From an uncultured Clostridia bacterium (GTDB taxonomy: Bacteria; Bacillota; Clostridia; TANB77; CAG-508), in contig CALXVA010000003.1 in the NCBI GenBank assembly GCA_944391835.1, positions 1 to 55,852 on the forward strand: a stretch of 55,852 nt of DNA, written 5' to 3'. Of this stretch, positions 1-10,600 are shown in pieces. How positions within the stretch are numbered: position 1 is the stretch's first letter; every line of letters begins with the position of its first letter. The notes beneath the pieces were generated by a model, which made no database searches, was not told the origin of the DNA, and saw only the letters and a program-made list of their open reading frames with translations. The position numbers and the translations under genes were made by a program.

Positions 1-396
1 ATTCACGGAAAAGCAATATTAAAAACTTTAAATAAATACTATATGACAGATTTAGGAATTGCACAAATAAAAAACAATAATTTCGAAATAAATAAGAGTT
101 TTGCAATAGAAAACGTTGTATTTAATGAATTATTGGCCAGAGGATATGAAGTATATATTGGAAAATTAAATCCAGGGGAAATTGATTTTATTGCTACAAA
201 GAGTGGTGAAAAAAAGTATTTTCAAGTAGCGTATTTATTAAATGATGAAAAAGTAGTAGAGAGAGAATTTGGAGCATATAAGACAATAAATGATAATTAT
301 CCTAAATATGTGCTTTCTATGGATAAAACTGATTTTTCTCAAAATGGAATTATACATAAAAATATAATAGATTGGTTATTAGACGTAAATATATAA
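1..396 (+). CDS. AAA-family ATP-binding protein with C-terminal DUF4143 region; 5' end lies outside the window
   Basis: Frame 1 is open from base 1 (IHGKAILKTLNKYYMTDLG...). Motifs 'ENVVFNEL..RGY.VYIG', 'EIDFIA', 'YFQVAY', 'DNYPKYVLS' are typical of the AAA_14/DUF4143 C-terminus. Confidence 0.8.
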   Translation: MHGKAILKTLNKYYMTDLGIAQIKNNNFEINKSFAIENVVFNELLARGYEVYIGKLNPGEIDFIATKSGEKKYFQVAYLLNDEKVVEREFGAYKTINDNYPKYVLSMDKTDFSQNGIIHKNIIDWLLDVNI

Positions 397-439
397 AATT
401 ATAATAACTGGTATACTTAAAAAGAGGTGATAGTAATAT

Positions 440-1024
440 ATGAAAAAAATGAAAACACTTTTTAAAAGACAATTTGAGAATCATAAAATAGCGAAGTGCT
501 TAAATGAAGTAGAACCAGGGTATCAATGGGTATTAGATGGAGAAGGCTGGGCAACAGAGAAAATAGATGGGACATGTTGTTTAATAAAGGATGGAAATAT
601 TTATAGAAGATATGATTATAAAAAAGGAAGGACTCTGCCACAAGGAGCAATTCCTTGCCAAGAGGCACCTGACCCAGTAACAGGGCACTTTCCACATTGG
701 CTTTTGTGTACAGAGGATGACCCTAATGCTAAATATTATTTAGAAGCTTATGAAAGACAAAAAAATGATAATCTAGAAAACGGAACATATGAACTCATTG
801 GAAAACACATAAATGGTAATCCATATGATTTAGATATAGATATTTTGGAAAAACATGGAAAGAGAATATTAGAAAATGTACCAAGAGAATATGAGGGAAT
901 AAAACAATATCTTGAAAATCACTATATAGAAGGAATTGTTTTTTATCGTGGTAATGGAGAAATGTGTAAAATAAAAAGAAGTGATTTTGGCTTTGAATGG
1001 AATAGAAAGAAAAAAACAAACTAA
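440..1024 (+). CDS. DUF5565 / RLIG1 (C12orf29)-like ATP-dependent RNA ligase
   Basis: Nucleotidyltransferase motif I 'ATEKIDGTCC' (KxDG), 'TYELIG', 'NGNPY', motif IV 'EGIVF', motif V 'KIKR'. RBS GAGGTG upstream. Confidence 0.7.
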   Translation: MKKMKTLFKRQFENHKIAKCLNEVEPGYQWVLDGEGWATEKIDGTCCLIKDGNIYRRYDYKKGRTLPQGAIPCQEAPDPVTGHFPHWLLCTEDDPNAKYYLEAYERQKNDNLENGTYELIGKHINGNPYDLDIDILEKHGKRILENVPREYEGIKQYLENHYIEGIVFYRGNGEMCKIKRSDFGFEWNRKKKTN

Positions 1025-1037
1025 CTGTCTACTTTAG

Positions 1038-1340
1038 AATCTACCAGAAGGAATATCAATGGCAGTTCCAATGAAAAATGGAGGTATGAAACCTGCAAAA
1101 GTTATATATTATGTAGTGCTATCAGGGATAACTACAGGCGTAGGAGCATTTTTTGGAAGTATAGTTGGAGGAATATCACAAGAAATAATAGCACTATGCC
1201 TAGCTTTTTCAGCAGGTGCAATGATATATATTGTATCAGGAGAGCTAACACCAGAATCTAGTAAGCTATACCAAGGTAGAATGTCAGCTATTGGTAATTT
1301 GATTGGATTTATTATAGGAGTATTTGCAATGAATATATAA
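1038..1340 (+). pseudogene. C-terminal fragment of a ZIP (ZupT/GufA) metal transporter
   Basis: Reads NLPEGISMAVP...AFSAGAMIYIVSGELTPES. The frame starts right after an in-frame TAG (1035-1037), in the middle of the HNxPEG motif. The N-terminal part is absent. Confidence 0.75.
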
Positions 1341-1412
1341 AATTCATTGCTTTTATATATTTCTTGTAGTAAAATTTTAAATGTAAACTCAAGAAAGGAA
1401 AATAGAATCAAA

Positions 1413-2987
1413 ATGCAATCACAAGAGAAAAATATAGTAGCTACCAAAAACAGTAAAAAACAAATAGATAAATATACTATTATTTTAATCATAATTATGC
1501 TAATTGGAATAGCCACCAGAATAATTGGACTAGGCCAAATTCCAATAGGCATAAATGTAGACGAAGCAGGAACAATGTACGATGCATACACCATAGCAAA
1601 CTATGGGACAGATAGGTTCGGAAATGCGAACCCAGTGTATATGATAAACTATGGTGGAGGGCAAAGTGCGTTATATACGTATTTAGCAGCATTGCTAATT
1701 AAAATATTTGGATTTAGCCTTACAGTAATTAGGCTTCCAGCACTAATATTTTCAATATTATATATGGTATTTGGTTTTCTATTAACAAAAGACTTAAAGA
1801 ATAAAAAACTTGCAATACTAGTAGAATTTCTAATTGTAATTTGCCCATGGCACTTTATGCAATCGAGATGGGCGCTAGACTGTAACTTACTATCTTCAAT
1901 GCTACTAATGTCAATATATATGCTAACTAGAGCAGTTAAATTAAAGTCAAAGAAAAGATATTTTCTAGCCGGAATATTCTTTGGAATAACGCTATATACG
2001 TATGCATTAAGCTATATTATAATTCCAATTTTATTGCTAATATTACTAGTGTATATGCTTTATGCTAAAAAAATCAAAATCTTAGACATAATTGTATTTG
2101 GCATTCCACTAGGATTGCTTGCTATACCACTTATATTATCACTTTTTGTAAATTATGGAATAATAGAAGAAATAAAATTACCATTTATGTCAATACTAAA
2201 AATGTGGGTTTTTAGAAGTGGAGAAGTAAATTTAAATAATATATTGCACAATATTGTTATACTGTTTAAATCAATGTTTGCATTTGATTATAACGACTAT
2301 AATTCATTCCCTATATTTGGAACACTATATTATATAAGTATACCATTTGCATTATTTGGATTTATAGATTCTATTAAAAACGTAAAGAAAGATATTAAAG
2401 AAAAAAATTTATCTTTAGATATTATTATGCTAGCTAATTTTCTATCAGTTTGTGTATGCAATATATTAATAGAATCTGGAATAAATAGAATAAATGCAAT
2501 ATACATCTCATTAATTTACTATACTGCAATAGGAATAATGTATGTATCGGAAAACAGGGATAAAATCTTTAAATTTATTATTGCTATTTATATAATTTTC
2601 TATATTGCATTTTTAGCATACTACTTTGGAGTGTACGGAAAAGAAAATACAAATTTATCATTCAATAATGATGCAGTAGAGGTTGTTAAATATATAGAGG
2701 GAAATGAAAAGTTTGACGGAAAGATAATAAACTTTAGAGTTAGAGCAATACAACCATACATATATACCTTAATAGGAAATGAAACTTCACCACAAGAATT
2801 TATGAACACAATAGTAATACAAAGCGGCGGAGTAAGAGCTTATGGAAGATATGTTTTCTACAATAATTCAATTGACGATAATATGATTTATGTAGTCGAT
2901 AATGATGAGAATACAAAGAATATTTTAATAGAAAATGGATTTAAGGTAGAAAAGTATAGTGAGAATATAGATATATTGTATAAGTAA
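1413..2987 (+). CDS. GT-C fold membrane glycosyltransferase (ArnT/PMT_2, GT39/GT83-like)
   Basis: Many TM segments; 'GINVDEAG' acidic loop motif, 'IRLPA', 'PWHFMQSRWALDCNL'. ATG 1413 follows AAGGA. Confidence 0.8.
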   Translation: MQSQEKNIVATKNSKKQIDKYTIILIIIMLIGIATRIIGLGQIPIGINVDEAGTMYDAYTIANYGTDRFGNANPVYMINYGGGQSALYTYLAALLIKIFGFSLTVIRLPALIFSILYMVFGFLLTKDLKNKKLAILVEFLIVICPWHFMQSRWALDCNLLSSMLLMSIYMLTRAVKLKSKKRYFLAGIFFGITLYTYALSYIIIPILLLILLVYMLYAKKIKILDIIVFGIPLGLLAIPLILSLFVNYGIIEEIKLPFMSILKMWVFRSGEVNLNNILHNIVILFKSMFAFDYNDYNSFPIFGTLYYISIPFALFGFIDSIKNVKKDIKEKNLSLDIIMLANFLSVCVCNILIESGINRINAIYISLIYYTAIGIMYVSENRDKIFKFIIAIYIIFYIAFLAYYFGVYGKENTNLSFNNDAVEVVKYIEGNEKFDGKIINFRVRAIQPYIYTLIGNETSPQEFMNTIVIQSGGVRAYGRYVFYNNSIDDNMIYVVDNDENTKNILIENGFKVEKYSENIDILYK

Positions 2988-3000
2988 AATTTCTTTACAA

Positions 3001-3046
3001 AAAACAAACCAATGGTATTGAACATTGGTTTGTTTTAGTGTATAAT
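3001..3046 (+). promoter_or_regulatory. Hairpin/terminator overlapping the sigma-A promoter of pcrA, with a candidate LexA box
   Basis: Inverted repeat AAAACAAACCAATG (3001-3014) / CATTGGTTTGTTTT (3023-3036). TTGAAC (3018-3023)-17 bp-TATAAT (3041-3046). GAAC-ATTG-GTTT at 3020-3031. Confidence 0.6.
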
Positions 3047-3084
3047 ACCAAAAGTAACTAAAAAAACAAAAAAGGAGAAAACCA

Positions 3085-5481
3085 ATGCAAGATTTAATAG
3101 AAGGATTAAACGATAAACAAAAGGAAGCAGTGCTTGCCACAGAAGGACCTTGCTTAGTAATTGCAGGAGCAGGAAGTGGAAAAACAAAGGTATTAACACA
3201 TAAAATTGCATATTTAATGAGTGAAAAACACATAAAACCTTGGAATATTTTAGCAATTACATTTACCAATAAAGCAGCAAACGAAATGAAAGAAAGAGTA
3301 GAGGGGCTTGTTGGAGAAGCAGCAAAAGATATGTGGATTGGAACATTCCACTCAATTTGTGTGCGTATTTTAAGAAAATACATTGATAGACTAGGCTTTG
3401 ACCACACATTTTTAATTTTTGATACATCAGATCAAAAAACACTTATTAAAGAGTGTATGAAAACTTTAAAAGTGGATGACAAAATGTTTACGGATAGAAG
3501 CGTTTTAGCCGAAATTAGCAATGGAAAAAACGAAATGCTAGAGCCAAAGGCATATCAAACAAAATATGCTGGAGACTATAGAAAAGAAGTAATTGGTAGA
3601 ATATATGAGTTATATCAACATAGACTAAAAGAAAATAATGCAATAGATTTTGATGATATTATAAATTATACAATAAAAATACTTACAAATAATGAGGATG
3701 CATTGGAATATTATACAAATAAATTCCAATATGTTTTGGTAGATGAGTACCAAGACACAAATAAAGCACAATTTACATTAGTTACTATTTTAGCATCAAA
3801 ATATGGAAACATAACAGTTGTGGGGGATAACGACCAAGGAATATACAGCTTTAGAGGTGCAGATATTTCTAATATTTTAAATTTTGAAAAAGACTTCCCA
3901 GGAACTAAAATTGTAAAATTGGAGCAAAACTACAGATGTACAGGAAATATTTTAAAAGCAGCAAATGCAGTAATTAAGCATAATGAAAACAAATACGAGA
4001 AAAAACTATGGACTGAGAATGATGAGGGTGCTTTACCTGTAATCCATAAAGCAGATGATGAATATGACGAGGGAAGATTTATAGTAGAGGAAATCAATCA
4101 CTTAAGAAGAGAAGAATATTTTAAATATTCAGATTTTTCAATTTTATACAGGATGAACTCTCAATCAAGAGCAATAGAGGAAATTCTAAGAAGAGAAGGA
4201 ATTCCATACAAAATAGTTGGTGGACTAAAATTCTATGAAAGAAAAGAAATTAAAGATATTATCTCATATTTAAGATTAATATATAATTTTTCTGATAATA
4301 TATCTCTAAAAAGAGTAATAAATGAGCCTAAAAGAGGAATTGGAAAAACAAGTATAGATAATATACAAGAAATATCAGAAAAAACTGGACTTTCTATGTT
4401 TGATATTATAAAGCATGCAGATGAATACGGTTTAAATAGAGTAAAAGCAAATGCAGATGAATTCATTCAAACAATAGAATATTTAAGAAGCAAAATGGAA
4501 GAACTTAGCATATCTGAACTTATAAAAGAAACCTTAAACAAAACAGGATACACTAAAGCATTAGAGTTAGAAAATACAACAGAGGCAGAAACAAGAATAG
4601 AAAACTTGGAAGAGTTCTTAACAGTTGCTATAGAGTTTGAGGAAGAAGAGGCAGAGAACACTTTAGGAGATTTCCTAGAAGGAATTACCTTAAGTAGTGA
4701 TATCGACGGAATGGAAGACTCAGAAGACTCTGTAACTCTTATGACATTACATAGTGCGAAAGGGCTAGAATTCCCAGTTGTATTCTTAGTTGGATTGGAA
4801 GAGGGAATTTTCCCAGGAAATAAATCAATAGGAGAGCCAAAAGAATTAGAAGAGGAAAGACGTTTATTCTATGTAGGAATAACTAGAGCAAAACAATATT
4901 TATATTTAACCTGCGCTAAAAAGAGAACTATATTTGGTTCTACAAGCTATAACCAAATTTCAAGATTTATAAACGAAATCCCATCAGATTTATTAGACGG
5001 ATACGATACACTTGACAACTCAAAAGCAGATGAATTTGGAGATAGTGGCTATAAATGGGAATATGGAAATAGTTCAAAGGTAAATACATATAAAATAGGT
5101 AGCGACTTTTATTATGGCAATAATAACATTGGAGTTGCAGCTAAAGGTTTTGGTACAAGTAGTAGCGGAAAAACTAATGGAGAATTTAACAGCAGTTTTG
5201 GAAGAAATGCAGGCGCAGGTTTCCACAATTCTGGAACAAATACTGGCTTCCAATTTAAAACTGCAGAAAACTTTTTAAATTCATTGAATAGCAAAAAGGT
5301 AAATACAGAGGCAGACATTTCTAAATATAAAGAAGGACAACGTATCTATCATAAAAAATTTGGAGAAGGAATAATTAACAAAATCGAAGAAGAGGGAGAA
5401 GATTATAAACTAGATATATCTTTCGATAAAGCCGGACATAAAAGATTAATGGCAAAATTTGCAAATTTAGAGATTATATAA
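3085..5481 (+). CDS. pcrA: ATP-dependent DNA helicase PcrA/UvrD
   Basis: AGAGSGKT Walker A, TFTNKAA, VDEYQD, QNYR, TLHSAKGLEF, EERRLFYVGITRA, C-terminal Tudor-like HKKFGEG. Confidence 0.97.
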   Translation: MQDLIEGLNDKQKEAVLATEGPCLVIAGAGSGKTKVLTHKIAYLMSEKHIKPWNILAITFTNKAANEMKERVEGLVGEAAKDMWIGTFHSICVRILRKYIDRLGFDHTFLIFDTSDQKTLIKECMKTLKVDDKMFTDRSVLAEISNGKNEMLEPKAYQTKYAGDYRKEVIGRIYELYQHRLKENNAIDFDDIINYTIKILTNNEDALEYYTNKFQYVLVDEYQDTNKAQFTLVTILASKYGNITVVGDNDQGIYSFRGADISNILNFEKDFPGTKIVKLEQNYRCTGNILKAANAVIKHNENKYEKKLWTENDEGALPVIHKADDEYDEGRFIVEEINHLRREEYFKYSDFSILYRMNSQSRAIEEILRREGIPYKIVGGLKFYERKEIKDIISYLRLIYNFSDNISLKRVINEPKRGIGKTSIDNIQEISEKTGLSMFDIIKHADEYGLNRVKANADEFIQTIEYLRSKMEELSISELIKETLNKTGYTKALELENTTEAETRIENLEEFLTVAIEFEEEEAENTLGDFLEGITLSSDIDGMEDSEDSVTLMTLHSAKGLEFPVVFLVGLEEGIFPGNKSIGEPKELEEERRLFYVGITRAKQYLYLTCAKKRTIFGSTSYNQISRFINEIPSDLLDGYDTLDNSKADEFGDSGYKWEYGNSSKVNTYKIGSDFYYGNNNIGVAAKGFGTSSSGKTNGEFNSSFGRNAGAGFHNSGTNTGFQFKTAENFLNSLNSKKVNTEADISKYKEGQRIYHKKFGEGIINKIEEEGEDYKLDISFDKAGHKRLMAKFANLEII

Positions 5482-5536
5482 AAACAAACCGTGGACAAAA
5501 GGGACTACTGCCTTTTGTCCACGGTTTGTTTTTATA
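5477..5536. terminator. Perfect 26-bp stem hairpin containing REP-like copy 1
   Basis: TATAAAAACAAACCGTGGACAAAAGG-GACTACTG-CCTTTTGTCCACGGTTTGTTTTTATA at the pcrA stop. Confidence 0.85.
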
Positions 5537-5579
5537 AATACTTATGAGAAAAGGAAGAATGTAATAAAAGTCACAAAAA

Positions 5580-5596
5580 TGTAATGAAAATGTAAT
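5580..5596 (+). promoter_or_regulatory. WalR/OmpR-type direct repeat upstream of the sortase locus
   Basis: TGTAAT-GAAAA-TGTAAT matches the TGTWAH-N5-TGTWAH consensus. Confidence 0.5.
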
Positions 5597-5724
5597 AAAT
5601 CTACCTTTACTGACATTCCGTAATAGAAAAGGTTACAAAATGGCGAAAAGGGAAAATGTTACCATTGACTTCATATAAGAAAAGAGTGAAAATAAAATGA
5701 GAGTTAAAATAATAGGAGGATTAT

Positions 5725-6915
5725 ATGAATAATAAATTTCTTGCTAAGTCTATAGGTATTGTTATTATTATTTTGTTTTTATTTTTCCCAATAAGAATTT
5801 TGGCAACTGATAGTATACCTAATCAAGGCTTGAATGATTTAACAAATGAAATGCCTAGTGAATTGCTCAATGAAATATTAGACGATGCAGTAGATGATAC
5901 AGCAGACGGTGAAGTAGACGATACAACAGATGATACATTAGATGAAAATAATAATAAAAAATTAGCAATACTATCTAAAACAACAACAGAAGAAGAAAAC
6001 GAAAAAATAGAATATATGATTTATGTAAGAGACTATATAGACAAAAACTTTAAATTTGCATTTTCAAACATGGAAAATGCAGAAGAAGCAGATTTAGTAT
6101 ATATTAATTCAGTTTTGGATTCTGAAGGAAACAAATTAGCATATCTTGATTGGGAAACATATGAATCATTAACTAATTTAGGACAAGAAATATATATTTG
6201 GATTAAAGATGAAGCCGAAAACATGATTATGGAAGGAGAATTATTGGATTTAAATAATTCACTAGATAATGAAGAAATTGCTTCTATAGAATTAATAACT
6301 AAAAGAATTTCTGTAGAAATTGGAGATACAAAAGAAAAAGTAGATGCAACAGAACCTATTAGACAAGAAGAAGTAGATGATGTAGATGAAATTGCAAAAG
6401 TAGGATATATCAAAATTACAGATAATGAATCAGCAACATATTATTATCAAATAGCAAAAGTATCTGATTCGGAAGATTACAATAATCTAATGCAATACAC
6501 AGAGAAAATGACAAATGAATACAATGAACTAAATATTTTTGATAAAGTACAGTTTTGCGAAGAATTTTATAAAATATATTCAGAATTAATAGAAAGAGCT
6601 GAGTGGCAAGAAGTTGAGAATATGACAATATATCAACCAGAGTCATCAGTAGCAGGTGACCAATATATAGTATTTATAAGAAAAATTGACGGAGAAAATG
6701 AAATAGTAGATGCTCAATTTTTAACAGCTTATGATGATTATAAAGAAAATATAATAACAGAGGATGTAGTAGTGGAAGAAATAGTTAAATTACCTATTAC
6801 AGCTGATAGTATTATATTATTTGTGCTTTTAGGGATTATAGTAATTGCACTAATTGTCGTTTATGTAATAATAAAAAAAATAACAAAAAAGGAAAATAGA
6901 AAAGAAGAAAGGTAA
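5725..6915 (+). CDS. Acidic secreted protein with C-terminal LPxTA (LPITA) sorting signal; putative sortase substrate
   Basis: N-terminal signal peptide. C-terminus KLPITADS + hydrophobic TM + basic tail KKITKKENRK. Ends 1 bp before a sortase gene. Confidence 0.8.
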   Translation: MNNKFLAKSIGIVIIILFLFFPIRILATDSIPNQGLNDLTNEMPSELLNEILDDAVDDTADGEVDDTTDDTLDENNNKKLAILSKTTTEEENEKIEYMIYVRDYIDKNFKFAFSNMENAEEADLVYINSVLDSEGNKLAYLDWETYESLTNLGQEIYIWIKDEAENMIMEGELLDLNNSLDNEEIASIELITKRISVEIGDTKEKVDATEPIRQEEVDDVDEIAKVGYIKITDNESATYYYQIAKVSDSEDYNNLMQYTEKMTNEYNELNIFDKVQFCEEFYKIYSELIERAEWQEVENMTIYQPESSVAGDQYIVFIRKIDGENEIVDAQFLTAYDDYKENIITEDVVVEEIVKLPITADSIILFVLLGIIVIALIVVYVIIKKITKKENRKEER

Positions 6916-6916
6916 T

Positions 6917-7579
6917 ATGAAATTAAAAATTTGTAAAATTATTTTTATTATATTATTAATAGCTGCGATTATAGTGTTAGGACTTATTATATTTAAATAT
7001 GGTCGTAACCAAATAAATGAAAAAGAAACTCAAGAAATAGTAGATGCTTTTAGAAACATTGATTTCCCAAATACAGTTGCAGAAAATGAAATAAACCAAA
7101 ATGGCATAGTAGAAGGAGAAATTACTAATACAGAAAAAGCAATGCCATTAGAATATAAAGGATACAAAGTAATTGGAATTGTGAATATAGATAAAATTGG
7201 AATAGAATATCCAATATTAGAAATAGAGAATATAGATCCAGAAACTGCAAAGGTTCCATTACAGTATTCAATAATAAAATATTGGGGGAATGACGTAAAT
7301 GATTATGGAAACTTATCGATTGCAGGGCATAACTATATAGATGGAACAATGTTTGGAAAAATTAAAAAGTTAGAAATAGGAGATATTATAGAACTAACAG
7401 ACTTAACAGGAAAAACAGTACAGTATTCAGTTTATGATATTTTTTCTACAGAACCAAATGATGTATCTATTTTGCTTCCTGAAGAGGAAAATTCAAGGGA
7501 AGTTACATTAATTACATGTACAAATGGAAATAAAAAAAGATTAATTGTTAAAGCAAGGGAAATTAGTAACATACAGTAG
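6917..7579 (+). CDS. Sortase (class D-like), copy 1
   Basis: N-terminal TM; catalytic His (IAGHN), Cys (TLITC), Arg (KRLIV). Confidence 0.92.
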   Translation: MKLKICKIIFIILLIAAIIVLGLIIFKYGRNQINEKETQEIVDAFRNIDFPNTVAENEINQNGIVEGEITNTEKAMPLEYKGYKVIGIVNIDKIGIEYPILEIENIDPETAKVPLQYSIIKYWGNDVNDYGNLSIAGHNYIDGTMFGKIKKLEIGDIIELTDLTGKTVQYSVYDIFSTEPNDVSILLPEEENSREVTLITCTNGNKKRLIVKAREISNIQ

Positions 7580-7642
7580 ATGAAATGGTTTTTTATGGTT
7601 AGCTTACAAAAAAGGTGAGTAATAAAATTATGGAGGGAGAAG

Positions 7643-10600
7643 ATGAAGATAGAAAATACTTTAAAAAAATTACTATTTATATTAATATTAATATTTTCAA
7701 TTTTATTACTTGTGCCAAAATCAGTTATAGGAATTACTGAAGATAACCTACGAGAAAGCAATATAAATGGATATAGAGAAGCAGTAGTAGAAAGAGTTGA
7801 AAAGGTGGAAAAGCTAGTTTCAAGAGAGTATTGGGATTGGTGGACGTGGGTAGACACAACATCTGTATCGAACTCTGCAACATTAACTAATATAAGTGTG
7901 CAAAAGCCTAATATAGAGGTTCAAAAATCTGTAATTACCACAACAGGAAGCAATAATTTAGTCTATGCTGGAGAAGAGGTTACATACGAAATTAATATAA
8001 CCAATAATGGAACAAGAACAGAAGAAAACATAGAAGTAATAGACCAAATACCACAAAATACAACATTTGTATCTATAAATGACGAAAACACAGCAGAAGA
8101 GATACTAGATGAAAATAATAATGTTATTGGAATAAAGTGGCATGTTACAGTAGAACCAGAAGAAACAGTAACAGTTTCATTTACAGTAAGAGTAAATGAA
8201 AACGTAGAGGGAACAATAACCAATACAGCAATGGTAAATGGAAAAGAAAGTAATGAAACACACACAGCAATTATACAAAATGAGAAGTCAAGTGTTATAA
8301 CAAGAAATGGCGAAGAAGTAAAAATAGCCAAAGTAGGAGATCAAGTTACATATACAATTACAGCAATAAACACAGGAGATGTTGCTGGGGCAATTTCAGT
8401 ACAAGACGCAATCCCAGAAGGTACAATATTAGTATCAGCCGAAGGAGCAACAATATCAGAGAATAATAAAACTCTAACGTGGGAGAATGTAAATGTACCA
8501 GCAGGAGGAAGTGCATCTGTAGAATTTATAGTAGAGGTTGAAAAAATAGATGGAGAAATAACCAACACAGCAATAGTTGGAGGCAAGGAAACAGAAGAAA
8601 ATAAAGTTCCAACAGCAGAAATAGAAATAACAAAAGAAGTAACAGATATAACAAGAGACGGAGCAAGCGTGGGAAAAGATGTAGAGGTTACAGAAGGAGA
8701 TATAATAGAATATACAATAACTGTAACTAACAAAGGAAGTGTAGAACTAACTAACATAGTTATAGAAGAAGAACTAGCAGGAATAGAAATTGAAACAGGA
8801 AGTTTAAACATAGCAAGCCTTCCAGCAGGAACACAACAAGTAATAACAGCAACATATACAGTAACATATGAAAATGACATACAAAATAAAACAGAAAAAG
8901 AAATATATAACAAAGTAATAGTTACAGGAGAATATATAGCAGACCCAGAAAATCCAAACGAAATAGATACAGTGGAAGACGAAGATGAAGTAAGTACAAC
9001 AGTTGAAGAAATGCAAAGAGTAAGTGTAACAAAAGGTGCAAACAAAAACGAAAATGTAAAAGTAGGAGAAACAATAAGGTACACAATAAGAGTGCAAAAC
9101 ATAGGAAATGTAAGCTTACAAAATATAGAAGTAGAAGACATAATAACAACATCAGCAGGAACATTTAATATAACGGTATATAGCGATATAGACTGTACAA
9201 TAGAAACAACACGAATATCAAGACTAAGAGTAGGAGAAACAGCAACATTATATGCAAAATATACAGTAACACAAGAAGATATAGACACACAAACAGCAAT
9301 AAGCAATATAGCAACGGCAAAACCAGAGAAAGCAGAAGAACCAACACCAAGCGAGCCAGTAGAAACAACTACAGAGGTAACAGTGCCAGCTATAGACATA
9401 AGCAAAACAGCAACAGCAATAAAGAAAAATGGTGAAATAGGATTTACTCAAAACATAGATAGAGTAAGACCAGGAGATGTAATAGAATATACAATAATCA
9501 TAAGAAATACAGGAAATGTTACACTAAACAACATTATAGTAACAGATTCGCTAAAGGTAACAGTAAACGGAGACGAAAAAGAAGTAGATAACGCAACTGG
9601 AGTTTCAACCATAGCAACAATAAATAGTTTAGCACCATATACAGAGCCAGTAACAATAACAGCTTTGTACACTGTAACAGAAGCAGACACAGCAAACCTA
9701 GATAGAATTCGTAATACAGCAATAGCAATAGCGGAAGATGGAACCACAGATAGAGATGATAACGAAACAGTATCAGTAAACAGAGACACAAGTGTAACAG
9801 TAAATAAAATATGGGTGGATAATAACGACCAAGATGGAAAAAGACCAGACACAATAACAATAAACCTATATGCAGATGGAGAACAAATACAAACACAAAC
9901 AATTACAGGAACAACCTATACATTTACTAAGTTACCAACATATAATGAAGCCGGAAATGTAATAACATATACAGTAACAGAAAATGCTATTCAAGAATAT
10001 ACAACTACATATAGTGAGGATACATTTACAATAACAAATACACACATACCAGAAACCACAAGTGTAACAGTAAGAAAAACTTGGGATGACAACAATGACC
10101 AAGATAGAATGAGACCAGATTCGGTAAGTGTAAGTTTAAGCAACGGAGTAACAGCAGTAAATACACAAACCTTATCAAATGCTAATAACTGGACATATAC
10201 ATTTACAAACTTGCCAAAGTATTCTAATGGAACACTAATACCATATACAGTAGTAGAAAATAATGTGCCAGAGGGATATACGGCAGAAGTAACAGGAAGC
10301 ATAGAAACAGGATTTACAATAACAAATGCACATACACCAAACTTAATTAACATATCTGTTACAAAGGTTTGGGAAGATAGCAACAACCATTATGGAGCTA
10401 GAACTCCAATAGAAGTTACTCTAAATGCAAATGGAGCAGTAAACCAAACAGTAACAATAACCGAAGCAGACAATTGGCAACATACATTTGAAAGAGTGCC
10501 AGAATACGAAAATGGAGTGAAAATAAACTATACAATAACAGAAACACCAGTAGAAGGCTACCAAACAACAATAACAGGAGACGTAGAAACAGGATTTACA

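Noticed and set aside
1021-1037. CTAAC...TTTAG resembling a spliceosomal branch point and 3' splice site, or a group I/II intron 3' end, before the ZIP fragment
   Set aside because: The context is bacterial, and only 13 nt separate the ligase stop from the junction, leaving no room for group I P7-P9 or group II domain V/VI structure.
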